The position numbers were made by a program, and so were the translations under genes. From assembly GCA_963668175.1 (NCBI GenBank), contig OY764159.1, positions 4,480,001 to 4,544,000 on the forward strand: a stretch of DNA of 64,000 nt, given 5' to 3'. Shown here piece after piece: positions 29,076 to 39,176 of the stretch (the first letter of the stretch is position 1; each line of letters opens with the position of its first letter). This DNA is from Syntrophales bacterium (GTDB taxonomy: Bacteria > Desulfobacterota > Syntrophia > Syntrophales > PHBD01). A model generated the notes under the pieces. It was not told where the DNA came from. It was given only the letters and a program-made list of their open reading frames with translations, and searched no databases.

Positions 29076-29814
29076 AGGGCCTTGCTCCACAAGTTCTGTA
29101 GCTGCAGATACTCAAGTCGTTCAGCAACGGCAGGGCTCCATCCAGATCCCCCTGGTATACGAATTTTCCCTGGTGGATCATGAGAATGACATCGGCCGCC
29201 TCCAAAAATGCCTTGTTGTGGCTCACGACGATGGTTGTCGTTCCGCAATTCTTCTGCTCTTTTTTCAGCAGTTCGACCATCGGTTCGATGGTCCAGAGGT
29301 CGATCCCCGTATCGGGTTCGTCATAGATGGCAAGTTTGGGATTCCTGGCGATCGTCGTCGCGAGTTCGATCTTCTTGATCTCTCCCCCTGACAGCTTGGA
29401 ATCGACTGATTTATCAAGAAAGGAAAGCGAACAGATGCCTACCCTCTTGATCAATTTCAAGAGTTTCAGCTCGTCTTCGCTGCCGGATGCGATGGCCAGG
29501 AGGTCTCTGAACGTAATGCCCTTGAAGCGGGCCGGCTGTTGAAAGCTGTAAGCAATGCCTGCCTTCGCCCGGTCCGTAATGGAAAGATTCGTGATGTCCT
29601 GCCCTTCCATTACAATGCTCCCGGACGAAACGGGATTGATTCCCATAATGAGTTTCGCCAGCGTCGTCTTTCCGCTCCCGTTGGGGCCGGTAATGGCGTA
29701 AAATTTCGATTTCTCGAAGACAAAATTGATGTTGTCGATGATATGCCGCCGCGAGCCGCCGTTTCCGTCATCCTGATCCGCAACGGAGAAGAATAAATTA
29801 TTCAATTCCAGCAT
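29056..29814 (-). CDS. sufC: SufC-like ATPase (SmsC-like)
   Basis: GPNGSGKTT, FQQPARFKG, LSGGEIKKIE, YDEPDTGID; Cys-containing tail ICSYRTCGARPYDEC; overlaps the sufB-like start. Confidence 0.85.
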   Translation of the reverse strand: MLELNNLFFSVADQDDGNGGSRRHIIDNINFVFEKSKFYAITGPNGSGKTTLAKLIMGINPVSSGSIVMEGQDITNLSITDRAKAGIAYSFQQPARFKGITFRDLLAIASGSEDELKLLKLIKRVGICSLSFLDKSVDSKLSGGEIKKIELATTIARNPKLAIYDEPDTGIDLWTIEPMVELLKKEQKNCGTTTIVVSHNKAFLEAADVILMIHQGKFVYQGDLDGALPLLNDLSICSYRTCGARPYDECFR

Positions 29815-30103
29815 AGCCAACCTCTCTATCACAGCCAAAACAAGAAAACCCCCGCGACCGCGCCGAATGAAGCAACAGCCCCGGTTATCCCGACGTTCGC
29901 AAGTATCGGATTCCTATTACGGAACGCGCGATGATGATGTTAGTCACGGAAAAGAGAATATTACAAATGGGGACCACTATTTCATCCACCGCACGCTCTT
30001 TGTATGAATTTTTGGTGAATGTCAATAGATAAATCCTATAATTTTTGCATAACAGAATTTCACTCAGGATGTGAGTATGATGGCCGTAAAAACCAGGCAT
30101 GCG

Positions 30104-30886
30104 TTAAAGATATGTTCGGGCGCCGATATAATGCTTCTGGAAGAAACTCTTGGACAAGGAATCCTTGCAGATGGACTTTCCCCGGCCGGGGGCGTGAATG
30201 AACTCCCCGCCGCCCAGATAAACACCTACATGTGTGACTTTTCCCGGCGTTGACGTCGCGAAGAACAGCAAATCCCCTTTCTGGAGTTCATCCTGGCCGA
30301 TAGGTGTGCCGGCTTCAAACTGATCCCGCGAAGACCGGGGCAAATTAAGGCCGTTCAGCTGATAGACCGTCATGGTCAGTCCGCTGCAATCGAAACCGGT
30401 ATCCGCCGACGTGCCGCCCCAAAGATAAGGAACACCGAGGAAGCTTTGTGCCGTCTTCACAAGCTCTTCCCGCAGGTAGGCATCGCCCAGCTGCTGTCTC
30501 TTGGCAACGGCATAGTCTTCGGGCGCGACAATATAATATTCCGCGATCACGCCGGACTGCTTCAGCGATTCAGCCTTCTTGCGGGCGGCCTCCCGTGAAG
30601 CGAAATTCCCGAAACGCACCTTATAAAGACCCGTAGCCGCGACAAAATACGTGGCATCAAGGCCCTGCTTGCACAGACGGTCCGTCAGCCTCACCGCATT
30701 CTGCACCTGGGCGAAGGCGCCGGCCTGAATCGTGTAACCCATGCGGGTCAATTCTTTTTTAGGAGGTGTTTTGGTTTGATACCGGTACTGATAGGTTGGA
30801 TGTTTCCTGCTGCATCCGACAACGATAAGTCCGCAGAGGATCAGCAGTATCGTTCTGAGGACGATCGGATATTTAAACAAGGGCAT
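30104..30886 (-). CDS. Lipoprotein with SPOR domain and NlpC/P60 peptidoglycan endopeptidase
   Basis: Lipobox VVG|C; YTIQAGAF...YKVRFGNF; PYLWGG...GFDCSGL...HVGVY...FIHA. Confidence 0.92.
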   Translation of the reverse strand: MPLFKYPIVLRTILLILCGLIVVGCSRKHPTYQYRYQTKTPPKKELTRMGYTIQAGAFAQVQNAVRLTDRLCKQGLDATYFVAATGLYKVRFGNFASREAARKKAESLKQSGVIAEYYIVAPEDYAVAKRQQLGDAYLREELVKTAQSFLGVPYLWGGTSADTGFDCSGLTMTVYQLNGLNLPRSSRDQFEAGTPIGQDELQKGDLLFFATSTPGKVTHVGVYLGGGEFIHAPGRGKSICKDSLSKSFFQKHYIGARTYL

Positions 30887-31028
30887 CGGTCGGGTATCCC
30901 TGAAATGTCATCGGTAAAGTCATCAGGATATCATTATCGCCGGGATATGCATCCCGCTTTTCCGCAGCCACTGTCTCCGGCCGTTTGTCCTCCGCCGCCA
31001 CGACGCCCATGAGGTGGGTCCCGGCCCT

Positions 31029-32360
31029 TTACATCTGGGAAAGGACGTCCGACACGTGATCGATGTCTTCCTTGCTCAGCATTTCCGTTGCGCAGAAGAG
31101 CAGGCAGTCTTTCAATTCAGGATAATCCCTTCCCATCTCATACCCGCCGATAATGCCCAGGGACTGCAATTTCCGGTTGACGGCGGCGGGGTCGGGACAG
31201 CGGACAACGAATTCGTTATAACACGTTCCTGCAAAAACGGGCTCCCAGCCTTTGAGGCTGCCGAGTTTCTTTCTGAAATAGAACGCCTTCTGCACATTGA
31301 TTTCGGCCAGTTTTTTAAGATTCTTCCCCAGACTGACAAGATAGACGGCGGCCGCCAGCGCACAAAGGGCTTCGTTGCTGCAAATATTGGAAGTGGCCCG
31401 TTCACGCCGGATATGCTGCTCCCTGGTCTGGAGGGTGAGAACGAATCCGCGGCGTCCCTGCCGATCCACGGTCATGCCCGAGAGCCTTCCGGGAATTTTT
31501 CTCAGGAAATCGGCCGTACCCGCCATTATCCCCAGGTAAGGACCGCCGTAATTCAGGGAATTACCGAAGGCCTGGCCTTCGCCGACGACGATATCCGCCC
31601 CAGAATCACCCGGCGGCTTAAGAATGCCCAGCGAAGTCGCTTCAGTAAATCCGGAAATCATGAGGCTCCGGCGGGAGTGGGCAACATCGGAAAGCGCAGC
31701 GACGTCTTCAATGACACCGAAGAAGTTGGGGCTCTGCGCGACAACGGCGGCAACTTTCTCGTCCACGGTCTTTGCCAGGCTGCCCAGGTCGACCTGTCCG
31801 CTTGTTTCATGTTCGACTTCAACAGTCTCGTATCCGTTGGACCAGGCATATGTTCGAACAACCTGCCTGTACTCGGGATGAACGGACCGGGCTATGACGA
31901 TCCTAGTACGGCCCGTGCTTTTTGCGGCAAGCACCGCCGCCTCGGCCATCGCGGAAGCCCCGTCGTACATGGATGCATTGGCGACCTGCATCCCGGTGAG
32001 GCCCGCAATCATGGTCTGATATTCGTATATGGCCTGCAGGATACCCTGGCTGATCTCCGCCTGGTAAGGCGTATAGGCCGTATAGAATTCCGAACGGGAT
32101 ACGACATGTCGAACGACGGCGGGAATATAATGATGATAGGCGCCGGCGCCCATCAGGGTCGTACGCGAGACCGTGTTTTGCGACGCCAGACCCTTCATCA
32201 GCCCGGCGACCTCCTGTTCGGAAAGAGCGGCAGGGAGGTCAAGCTCCGTAAGCAAACGGAATTTGGGGGGGATATCGTTGAAGAGATCATCGACGGCATG
32301 GATACCGATGGCATCCATCATCTGTTTCTGATCCGTATCGGTATGAGGGATATAGCCCAT
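31029..32360 (-). CDS. gcvPA: Glycine dehydrogenase (decarboxylating) subunit 1
   Basis: YIPHT, GAGAYHH, FYTAYTPYQAEISQG, NASMYDG, LQTREQHIRRERATSNICSN. Confidence 0.95.
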   Translation of the reverse strand: MGYIPHTDTDQKQMMDAIGIHAVDDLFNDIPPKFRLLTELDLPAALSEQEVAGLMKGLASQNTVSRTTLMGAGAYHHYIPAVVRHVVSRSEFYTAYTPYQAEISQGILQAIYEYQTMIAGLTGMQVANASMYDGASAMAEAAVLAAKSTGRTRIVIARSVHPEYRQVVRTYAWSNGYETVEVEHETSGQVDLGSLAKTVDEKVAAVVAQSPNFFGVIEDVAALSDVAHSRRSLMISGFTEATSLGILKPPGDSGADIVVGEGQAFGNSLNYGGPYLGIMAGTADFLRKIPGRLSGMTVDRQGRRGFVLTLQTREQHIRRERATSNICSNEALCALAAAVYLVSLGKNLKKLAEINVQKAFYFRKKLGSLKGWEPVFAGTCYNEFVVRCPDPAAVNRKLQSLGIIGGYEMGRDYPELKDCLLFCATEMLSKEDIDHVSDVLSQM

Positions 32361-32558
32361 CAATAACCTTCCCTAACCTTCCATGTTACGGTTTTGAAAA
32401 CGATTTCGATACGATTTATAACGTTTTCGACCATCAAAAGCAATTTTTTTCCTCGCTCACCGTCATGTGTTTATATGCATCATGACCGGATTGCATCGAC
32501 TTCTCCGGCTTTACGGCCGTGCCCGCTACGTCGCATGTCGATGCCCGCCAGATAATCA

Positions 32559-32587
32559 TTGACAAAAAATAAGTGAGGTAATACTAT
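32559..32587 (+). promoter_or_regulatory. Sigma70 promoter for the rfaE1-yicC-gmk operon
   Basis: TTGACA-N17-TACTAT. Confidence 0.7.
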
Positions 32588-32648
32588 GTAAAGCTTAGAA
32601 AAAGTTTACAGTATCCGGCTTTGCCGGACCAAGGACAAGTCAACTATT

Positions 32649-33638
32649 ATGGAACGGATGATTACGAAAAAAAGGGCGCTTGAAATCATTGACAACTTTA
32701 AACGGGCCAGGGTCCTTGTCGTCGGCGATATCATGGTGGATCATTTCATTTGGGGGCGGGTTTCCAGAATATCTCCGGAAGCGCCCGTACCCGTCGTCGA
32801 CGTCCAGTCGGACAACCTCCTTCTCGGCGGCAGCGCCAACGTCATCAATAACATTTGTGCCATAGGCGGAAAAGCTTATGGCACGGGGGTTGTAGGCGAC
32901 GATGACATTTCAGAGCTTGTATTCAGGGAATTTCGGAAGAAGAAACTCGACACGAAGGGTCTCATCAAGCAGGCGGAGAGGCCGACCACGCTCAAAACCA
33001 GAATTGTGGCCCACGGCCAGCAGGTGGTGCGATTCGACAGGGAAAGCCGTCAGGCCATCCATGCAGACAGCGTGGAGCGGATGCTCGAATATATTAAGAA
33101 GATAAGTCGTCATATCGACGTCATCGTGATCTCGGATTACGGCAAGGGGGTCATTGCCAAGCCGTTGCTTGAAGGCATCAGGCAGATCATCGCGGGCAAA
33201 AAGATCGTCGTCTGCGTCGATCCCAAGCACAGCGATTTCTCCCTTTACCAGGGATTCGACATCATAACGCCCAATCATCATGAAGCGGCGCGCGCCCTGG
33301 CAACCGAAGTCAAAAACGGCGGCGACCTCATCGCTGTCGGCGAGAAGCTTCTGAAAGCGTATCAATTCCGGGCACTCTTGATCACACGGGGCGAAGAAGG
33401 CATGAGCCTTTTCGAAAAGGACGGACGGATCCGTCACACGCATTTTTCGACACGGGCCAAAGAGGTGTTTGACGTCACCGGCGCAGGAGATACGGTTATC
33501 GGCGTTTTTGCCCTATGCATGGCTTCCCGTGCTACGTTCCGGGAAGCAGCTTTGCTGGCCAACCACGCGGCAGGCATCGTGGTAGGTAAAGTCGGGACGG
33601 CGACGGTTTCCCAGGAGGAGCTCAAAAGGTCCCTATGA
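32649..33638 (+). CDS. rfaE1: D-glycero-beta-D-manno-heptose-7-phosphate kinase (HldE kinase domain only)
   Basis: RISPEAPVPVV, SDYGKG, TPNHHEA, DVTGAGDTV, VVGKVGTATV. Confidence 0.93.
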   Translation: MERMITKKRALEIIDNFKRARVLVVGDIMVDHFIWGRVSRISPEAPVPVVDVQSDNLLLGGSANVINNICAIGGKAYGTGVVGDDDISELVFREFRKKKLDTKGLIKQAERPTTLKTRIVAHGQQVVRFDRESRQAIHADSVERMLEYIKKISRHIDVIVISDYGKGVIAKPLLEGIRQIIAGKKIVVCVDPKHSDFSLYQGFDIITPNHHEAARALATEVKNGGDLIAVGEKLLKAYQFRALLITRGEEGMSLFEKDGRIRHTHFSTRAKEVFDVTGAGDTVIGVFALCMASRATFREAALLANHAAGIVVGKVGTATVSQEELKRSL

Positions 33639-34159
33639 GCCGGCCTAAAGAAGCAGCGGATGTCAAGGTCGTAGCAAGTATCTTCTCGGCAAGTCTCGAT
33701 GTGATCAATGACGTCATCGCCGCCTTGTCGGGTCGATACGGTGAAACGGATTTCGTCAGCGATCCGCTGCCCTTTCGATATACCGACTATTACGAGCCGG
33801 AAATGGGATGCCTGCTCTGGAGGCGTTTTATCTCGTTTGCGGAACTGGTCAGGCCCGAAAGCCTGCCGGACATTAAACTATGGACAAATGAACTGGAATC
33901 GCGCTATGTGGTTCAGGAAAAGCGCTCTGTCAATATCGATCCCGGGTACATATCGTCGGCCCACTTGCTCCTGGCTACGGGGAAGGCGTACACGCACCGG
34001 CCCTACCTGCGGGACGGTATTTATGTCGATGTGACATTGATATACCAGAACAAGGCTTTCCAGAGCCTTCCCTGGACCTACCCCGATTATGCCGAGCCGG
34101 GAATGAGGGGCATGATGAAAAGGATACGAGACAAGTATCTATTGCAGCTTAAGGACTAG
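33635..34159 (+). CDS. DUF4416 family protein
   Basis: TDYYEPEMG, RSVNIDPGY, HRPYLRDGIY, PWTYPDY. Confidence 0.85.
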   Translation: MSRPKEAADVKVVASIFSASLDVINDVIAALSGRYGETDFVSDPLPFRYTDYYEPEMGCLLWRRFISFAELVRPESLPDIKLWTNELESRYVVQEKRSVNIDPGYISSAHLLLATGKAYTHRPYLRDGIYVDVTLIYQNKAFQSLPWTYPDYAEPGMRGMMKRIRDKYLLQLKD

Positions 34160-34216
34160 GAAGAACCTGATCGCTGCCGCAAAAGAAGACTTTACAGCAA
34201 CACGACACCTTGAGGA

Positions 34217-35107
34217 ATGTTTATGGTTAAGAGCATGACCGGCTACGGAAGAGCGGAATCTGTTTTCAACGGAAGAAAGATCGCCGTAGAAATAAAATCA
34301 TTGAACCACCGATACCTGGAAGTGTCATTACGCCTTCCCGGCTCCCTTGCCGTCCTGGAAATGGCGATCAAGAAGAAAATCGGAGAAAGGTTTTCAAGAG
34401 GAAGGATCGAGACGACCATCCGCATCGATGCGGACGGCGACATGGACAGCGGCGGAAGATTTCAGCTGAACGAACCGCTGCTCGAGAATTACTATGCCTT
34501 GCTTCAGCAAATCAAAGAACGCTTCGGTCTGAAAGATGACGTCAATTTGGCCACAATCGCCGGATTGAGAGACGTCTTTGTGCCCACGGAGACGGCGGAC
34601 AATCCCGACGACTTGCTGCCCGGCGTGGAGGCGGTTTTGAATGAAGCCATGCAATCGCTTACGGCGATGCGGGAAAGGGAGGGCGATATTTTAAGCCGCG
34701 ATTTGATGTTCCGGCTCGATACCGTAAGGTCCCGGCTGGAAGACATCGACCTCCGTGTTCCTATAGTCGTCAACGATTATCGAAAACGTCTGATGGATCG
34801 GGTAAAGGAACTGACAGACGGCATTGAAATAGACGAAGCCCGACTGTGCCAGGAAGTCGCCATCATGGCGGAGAAGAGCGACATCACGGAAGAAATCGTC
34901 CGCTTTAAAAGCCATATCGATCAGATGATCGAATTACTGGCGGGCAGCGACCCGGCGGGAAGGAAAGCGGATTTCCTGATACAGGAGATGAACCGGGAAG
35001 CCAACACGACGGGTTCCAAGAGCAGCGATACGGCCATTGCCAAAAATGTCATAGAAATCAAAAGCGAACTGGCCAAACTCAGGGAACAGGTGCAGAATAT
35101 TGAGTAA
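34217..35107 (+). CDS. yicC: YicC/YloC family endoribonuclease
   Basis: KSMTGYGR, KSLNHRYLE, DITEEIVRF, QEMNREANT, REQVQNIE. Confidence 0.93.
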   Translation: MFMVKSMTGYGRAESVFNGRKIAVEIKSLNHRYLEVSLRLPGSLAVLEMAIKKKIGERFSRGRIETTIRIDADGDMDSGGRFQLNEPLLENYYALLQQIKERFGLKDDVNLATIAGLRDVFVPTETADNPDDLLPGVEAVLNEAMQSLTAMREREGDILSRDLMFRLDTVRSRLEDIDLRVPIVVNDYRKRLMDRVKELTDGIEIDEARLCQEVAIMAEKSDITEEIVRFKSHIDQMIELLAGSDPAGRKADFLIQEMNREANTTGSKSSDTAIAKNVIEIKSELAKLREQVQNIE

Positions 35108-35723
35108 TCTCCCTTCCATGCGCAACGGAGGTCTTTTTATCGTCGTTTCGGCGCCGTCGGGCACCGGCAAAACATCCATCTGCCGGGAAATACTGAAAAT
35201 GTTCCCGAATATCCGCTTCTCCGTATCCTATACGACGCGTAAGCCGAGACCGAATGAGATCGACGGGCAAGATTATCACTTCATCTCTGAGAAGGAATTC
35301 CTGGATGGGATAGAGCGGGGCGAATTCGCCGAATGGACGGAAAATTACGGCCATTATTATGGAACATCTACGAAGACGATGGCCGCTTTTCTGGAACGAG
35401 GCTGCGATCTCATCCTGGACATCGAGTCGGCAGGGGCCAAGACGCTGAAGAATCATTTCGGTCCCGGCATCTTCATCTTCATCCTGCCGCCGAGTCTTGA
35501 CGAATTGAAAGTGAGGCTTCGCAAAAGGGGGTCCGAAAGCGACGACGCCCTGCAAAAGAGGTTGCGCAACGCCCTGAACGAAATCAGAGAGATAGGTTTG
35601 TACGACTATATCATTTTTAATGACAATCTGGAGACGGCCATCGACCGCTTCAAATCCATCTATGTCGCGGAGAAGTGCCGGAGAGAGCGATTGCAGGAAA
35701 GAATCAACGATTTTTTTAACTAA
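35100..35723 (+). CDS. gmk: Guanylate kinase
   Basis: SAPSGTGKT, SVSYTTRKPR, DGQDYHF, YYGTS, FILPPS. Confidence 0.96.
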   Translation: MSNLPSMRNGGLFIVVSAPSGTGKTSICREILKMFPNIRFSVSYTTRKPRPNEIDGQDYHFISEKEFLDGIERGEFAEWTENYGHYYGTSTKTMAAFLERGCDLILDIESAGAKTLKNHFGPGIFIFILPPSLDELKVRLRKRGSESDDALQKRLRNALNEIREIGLYDYIIFNDNLETAIDRFKSIYVAEKCRRERLQERINDFFN

Positions 35724-35739
35724 CGGAGGTTTAAAATAA

Positions 35740-36012
35740 ATGGCCAGAATTACGGTGGAAGATTCCCTGAAACAGGCAAGGAACCGGTTTGCCCTCGTTC
35801 TGTTAACAGCCAAGCGCGCCAAGCAGCTGTTAAAAGGATCGAAGCCCACGACCGAAGTCAAGAACAACAGAGAGATTGTTGCGGCGCTGCGCGAAATAGC
35901 CGACGGAAAGGTCGCTTATGCGCATCCCGAATATCTTGAACGGGTAAAAGAGGAATTCAAACCTCTCCTTGATGACACGGAATTTGTCGGCGATGAAGAA
36001 TATACAGACTAG
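35740..36012 (+). CDS. rpoZ: RNA polymerase omega subunit
   Basis: MARITVEDSL...NRFALVLLTAKRAKQL...ALREIADG; follows gmk. Confidence 0.95.
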   Translation: MARITVEDSLKQARNRFALVLLTAKRAKQLLKGSKPTTEVKNNREIVAALREIADGKVAYAHPEYLERVKEEFKPLLDDTEFVGDEEYTD

Positions 36013-36751
36013 CTCACCCCGCGACAGACTCATCTTTGCTCTGGATATCGGCGGCGATCCGGCCGAGGCCCTCTCCTGGGTCAGGCGCCTGAAAGATCAC
36101 GTGGGACTCTTTAAAGTGGGCAAGGAGGCTTTTACGCATTTTGGTCCCGATCTTGTTTGGGATATCCAGAAGAACGGCGGCAGGGTTTTTCTCGACCTGA
36201 AATTTCACGATATCCCCAATACCGTGGCCAGAGCAGCAGAAGCGGCGGTGAAACTGGGGGTCGCCATGTTCAATGTCCATGCCATGGGCGGAGCGGCGAT
36301 GCTGAAAGAAACGGCGGCAGCAGTTAATGCCTTATCCGCAAAAAACAGCCAGCCGCCGCCTCTGATTCTCGCGGTCACAGTGCTGACCAGTTTGAACAAC
36401 AAAGATCTAGACAGTCTGGGATTCCAAGAGACAACCGATCAACTGGTGGTCAGGCTGGCCCGGATGGCCCAAGCGTCCGGCATTCCCGGGGTTGTCGCTT
36501 CAGCCCAGGATGTGGCCGCCATCCGCAGGGCCTGCGGCCGGGATTTTGTCATCGTAACGCCCGGCATCCGGGGGACCCGGTTGGTGGCCGGGGATGATCA
36601 GAAAAGGACCCTTTCGCCGGCGGAAGCGATTAAAGAAGGCGCCGATTATATCGTTGTGGGCAGACCGATTCGTACGGCCGAGAACCCGGAAGATGAAGCT
36701 CGGAAGATCGTCCAGGAAATAGCGACAGGTATGTCCGAGCGGCAGATATGA
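35993..36751 (+). CDS. pyrF: Orotidine 5'-phosphate decarboxylase
   Basis: LIFALD, FLDLKFHDIPNTV, VTVLTS, VTPGIR, IVVGRPI. Confidence 0.96.
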   Translation: MKNIQTSSPRDRLIFALDIGGDPAEALSWVRRLKDHVGLFKVGKEAFTHFGPDLVWDIQKNGGRVFLDLKFHDIPNTVARAAEAAVKLGVAMFNVHAMGGAAMLKETAAAVNALSAKNSQPPPLILAVTVLTSLNNKDLDSLGFQETTDQLVVRLARMAQASGIPGVVASAQDVAAIRRACGRDFVIVTPGIRGTRLVAGDDQKRTLSPAEAIKEGADYIVVGRPIRTAENPEDEARKIVQEIATGMSERQI

Positions 36752-36826
36752 ATCTTCCGTCTGCCGGCACACGGTCGGAGCAACCAGCGGCGCAAGATCG
36801 TGACGGAGATCACAGGAATAAATATC

Positions 36827-37573
36827 ATGCAGATGATATACGGTATTAATCCTGTCATGGAGGCAATAAAGACCGTCGGGGGAGGCCTCGAAAAAATCAT
36901 CGTCATGAGATCGAAAGCGGGGAAGCCCGTGCAGACCATCCTCCAGATGGCAGCCCGTGAAGGCATCCCCGTTGAATTCAGGGACAAGTCCCATTTGGAA
37001 CAACTGGCACCGGGGGAGTCGCATCAGGGAATCATCGGCTTGTGCAAGGATTACGGATATGCCGACGTCGACGATATTATCGCCAACCGCCATGCGTCGC
37101 TCCGTCGCGACCTGGTCCTCATCCTGGACGGCATAACGGATCCCCAGAACCTTGGATCTTTGGTGAGGACAGCTCATTGCCTGGGGGCTAACGGTGTGAT
37201 CATCCCGGAACACAGGGCCGCCCCGGTAACGGCTGCTGCAGTAAAGGCGTCCGCCGGAACGGCCTACTATGTGCCGATAGCCATGGTTTCAAACCTGGCC
37301 AATACGATAGAATATCTCAAGACGAAAGGATTCTGGGCCTATGGAACCTATGCGCCGGATGGTGACGACATACGGTCCGTCAATTTCGACGAAAAGGTCG
37401 CCTTGGTGATGGGAAGCGAGGGGAAAGGAATCAGGGAACTTGTCAGGAAGAAATGTGACTTTCTGGTATCCATCCCCATGCTGGGAAAGATCGATTCATT
37501 AAATGTGTCTGTCGCCGCGGGTATCGCCATTTATGAAATCCTGCACAGGCAGGGTACATTAAATATGCATTGA
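36827..37573 (+). CDS. rlmB: 23S rRNA Gm2251 2'-O-methyltransferase
   Basis: IYGINPVME, HQGI, LDGITDPQNLG, VMGSEGKG, SLNVSVA. Confidence 0.94.
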   Translation: MQMIYGINPVMEAIKTVGGGLEKIIVMRSKAGKPVQTILQMAAREGIPVEFRDKSHLEQLAPGESHQGIIGLCKDYGYADVDDIIANRHASLRRDLVLILDGITDPQNLGSLVRTAHCLGANGVIIPEHRAAPVTAAAVKASAGTAYYVPIAMVSNLANTIEYLKTKGFWAYGTYAPDGDDIRSVNFDEKVALVMGSEGKGIRELVRKKCDFLVSIPMLGKIDSLNVSVAAGIAIYEILHRQGTLNMH

Positions 37574-37635
37574 TGTCGAAAGCAGAAACATTTATACCAA
37601 ATCAACTGTTTTCAACGGAAGAAAGGGAATGAACT

Positions 37636-38844
37636 ATGCCGGTATTTCTATGGGAAGCGACAACCCGCAAAGGCGTTGAGCGAACGGGTGAAATCGATGC
37701 CGTCGATCAGGCCGCCGTACGAACCATTCTCCGCAAGCAAGGCTTCAAATCGATCACCGTAAAAGCCAAACCCAAGGATATCTTGGAATATCTGCCTTTT
37801 CTCAAGGAAAAAGTGAAGGAGAAGAACGTCGTTGTCTTCTGCCGTATTTTTGCGACCATGATCAATGCGGGCCTTCCCTTGATTCAGTGCCTGGAATTGT
37901 TGGCCGGCCAGGAGGAAAACAAGACCTTCAAAAAAGTCATTCTCGCGGTTAAGGACGATATCGAAGGGGGCTCGACATTGTGCGACGCCTTGAAGAAATA
38001 CCCGGATATCTTCGACCAGCTCTTCGTCAACCTGATCGCCGCCGGCGAAAGCGGCGGTATCCTGGACGTCATCCTGAACCGTTTGTCGACTTACCTGGAA
38101 AAGGCGGCCAAACTGAAGAGCAAGGTAAAGGGCGCCATGACGTATCCGGCAGCCGTTCTCGTCATCTCCTTATGCGTCGTCGCTCTGCTGTTGATCAAGG
38201 TTATTCCCGTCTTCCAGAAAATGTTCGAAGGAATGGGCGGACAATTGCCTGCTCCCACGCAGTTCCTGGTTAATGCCAGTCAATTCGCACAGAGTTATTG
38301 GTGGATCATGCTGGGTATTATCGTCGCAATCGTTTTCGCCTTCAAGACATTCAGAAAAACCGCAAGAGGTCAATACATCACGGACGATTTGGCGCTGAGA
38401 TCGCCCGTCTTCGGTCCCCTCCTGAAAAAAGTGGCGGTCGCAAAATTCACGAGAACATTGTCCACCATGATGTCCAGCGGCGTTCCGATCCTGGAAGGCC
38501 TGACCATCGTGAGCAGGACCGCCGGAAACGTCATCATCGAAAACGCCCTTCTCAAAGTCAGACAGAGCATCAGCGAAGGTAAAACCATCGCCGAGCCGCT
38601 GATGGAGACCAAGCTTTTTCCGAACATGGTCGTACAGATGATTTCCGTCGGGGAAGCAACAGGCGCTCTCGATTCCATGCTCTCGAAGATTGCCGACTTC
38701 TATGACGACGAAGTCGATGCCGCTGTCGAAGCGATGACCGCCCTGCTGGAACCGTTCATGATGGTTTTCCTTGGCGGTGTCGTAGGTGGCATGATCGTCG
38801 CCATGTACCTCCCCATCTTCAAAATGGCATCCGTCGTCGGTTGA
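37636..38844 (+). CDS. pilC: Type IV pilus platform protein PilC (GspF family)
   Basis: ATMINAGLPL, AGESGGILD, GAMTYP, SSGVPIL, VGEATGALD, AMYLPIF. Confidence 0.93.
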   Translation: MPVFLWEATTRKGVERTGEIDAVDQAAVRTILRKQGFKSITVKAKPKDILEYLPFLKEKVKEKNVVVFCRIFATMINAGLPLIQCLELLAGQEENKTFKKVILAVKDDIEGGSTLCDALKKYPDIFDQLFVNLIAAGESGGILDVILNRLSTYLEKAAKLKSKVKGAMTYPAAVLVISLCVVALLLIKVIPVFQKMFEGMGGQLPAPTQFLVNASQFAQSYWWIMLGIIVAIVFAFKTFRKTARGQYITDDLALRSPVFGPLLKKVAVAKFTRTLSTMMSSGVPILEGLTIVSRTAGNVIIENALLKVRQSISEGKTIAEPLMETKLFPNMVVQMISVGEATGALDSMLSKIADFYDDEVDAAVEAMTALLEPFMMVFLGGVVGGMIVAMYLPIFKMASVVG

Positions 38845-38904
38845 CGATCAACACGGCCTGTCAAGAATCAGCTGTTGCCGAAAAGGTAGGAAGTTGATAT
38901 AAAA

Positions 38905-38981
38905 TGGTCGGGATGGCGCGATTTGAACGCGCGACTCCTGCGTCCCGAACGCAGTGCCCTACCAAGCTGGGCCACATCCCG
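38905..38981 (-). tRNA. tRNA-Pro (anticodon CGG)
   Basis: Minus strand CGGGATGTGGCCCAGCTTGGTAGGGCACTGCGTT-CGG-GACGCAG...GTTCAAATCGCGCCATCCCGACCA, 77 nt. Confidence 0.97.
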
Positions 38982-39176
38982 ACACGGCAGGCACGATATA
39001 AAATTTGTTTCTAAATGTCCATTCTTTTTTTATACGGGCGGGCAAGATTTTAGCCGACCGGCCGGCCCCGACAACAGGCGGCATGAACCGTCCGCGGTTT
39101 ATTGCTTCCATTTGCGGGGAAGATATGATAGCAGGCAACGCAAACGGGCAACATATTCGATATATGGAGCGGAAAA

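Noticed and set aside
31014..32366. 450-aa plus-strand ORF
   Set aside because: Antisense shadow of gcvPA. The same applies to the long antisense ORFs over metH, leuB and gmk.
35100..35107. No remA/DUF370 gene between yicC and gmk
   Set aside because: Direct yicC-gmk adjacency is common.
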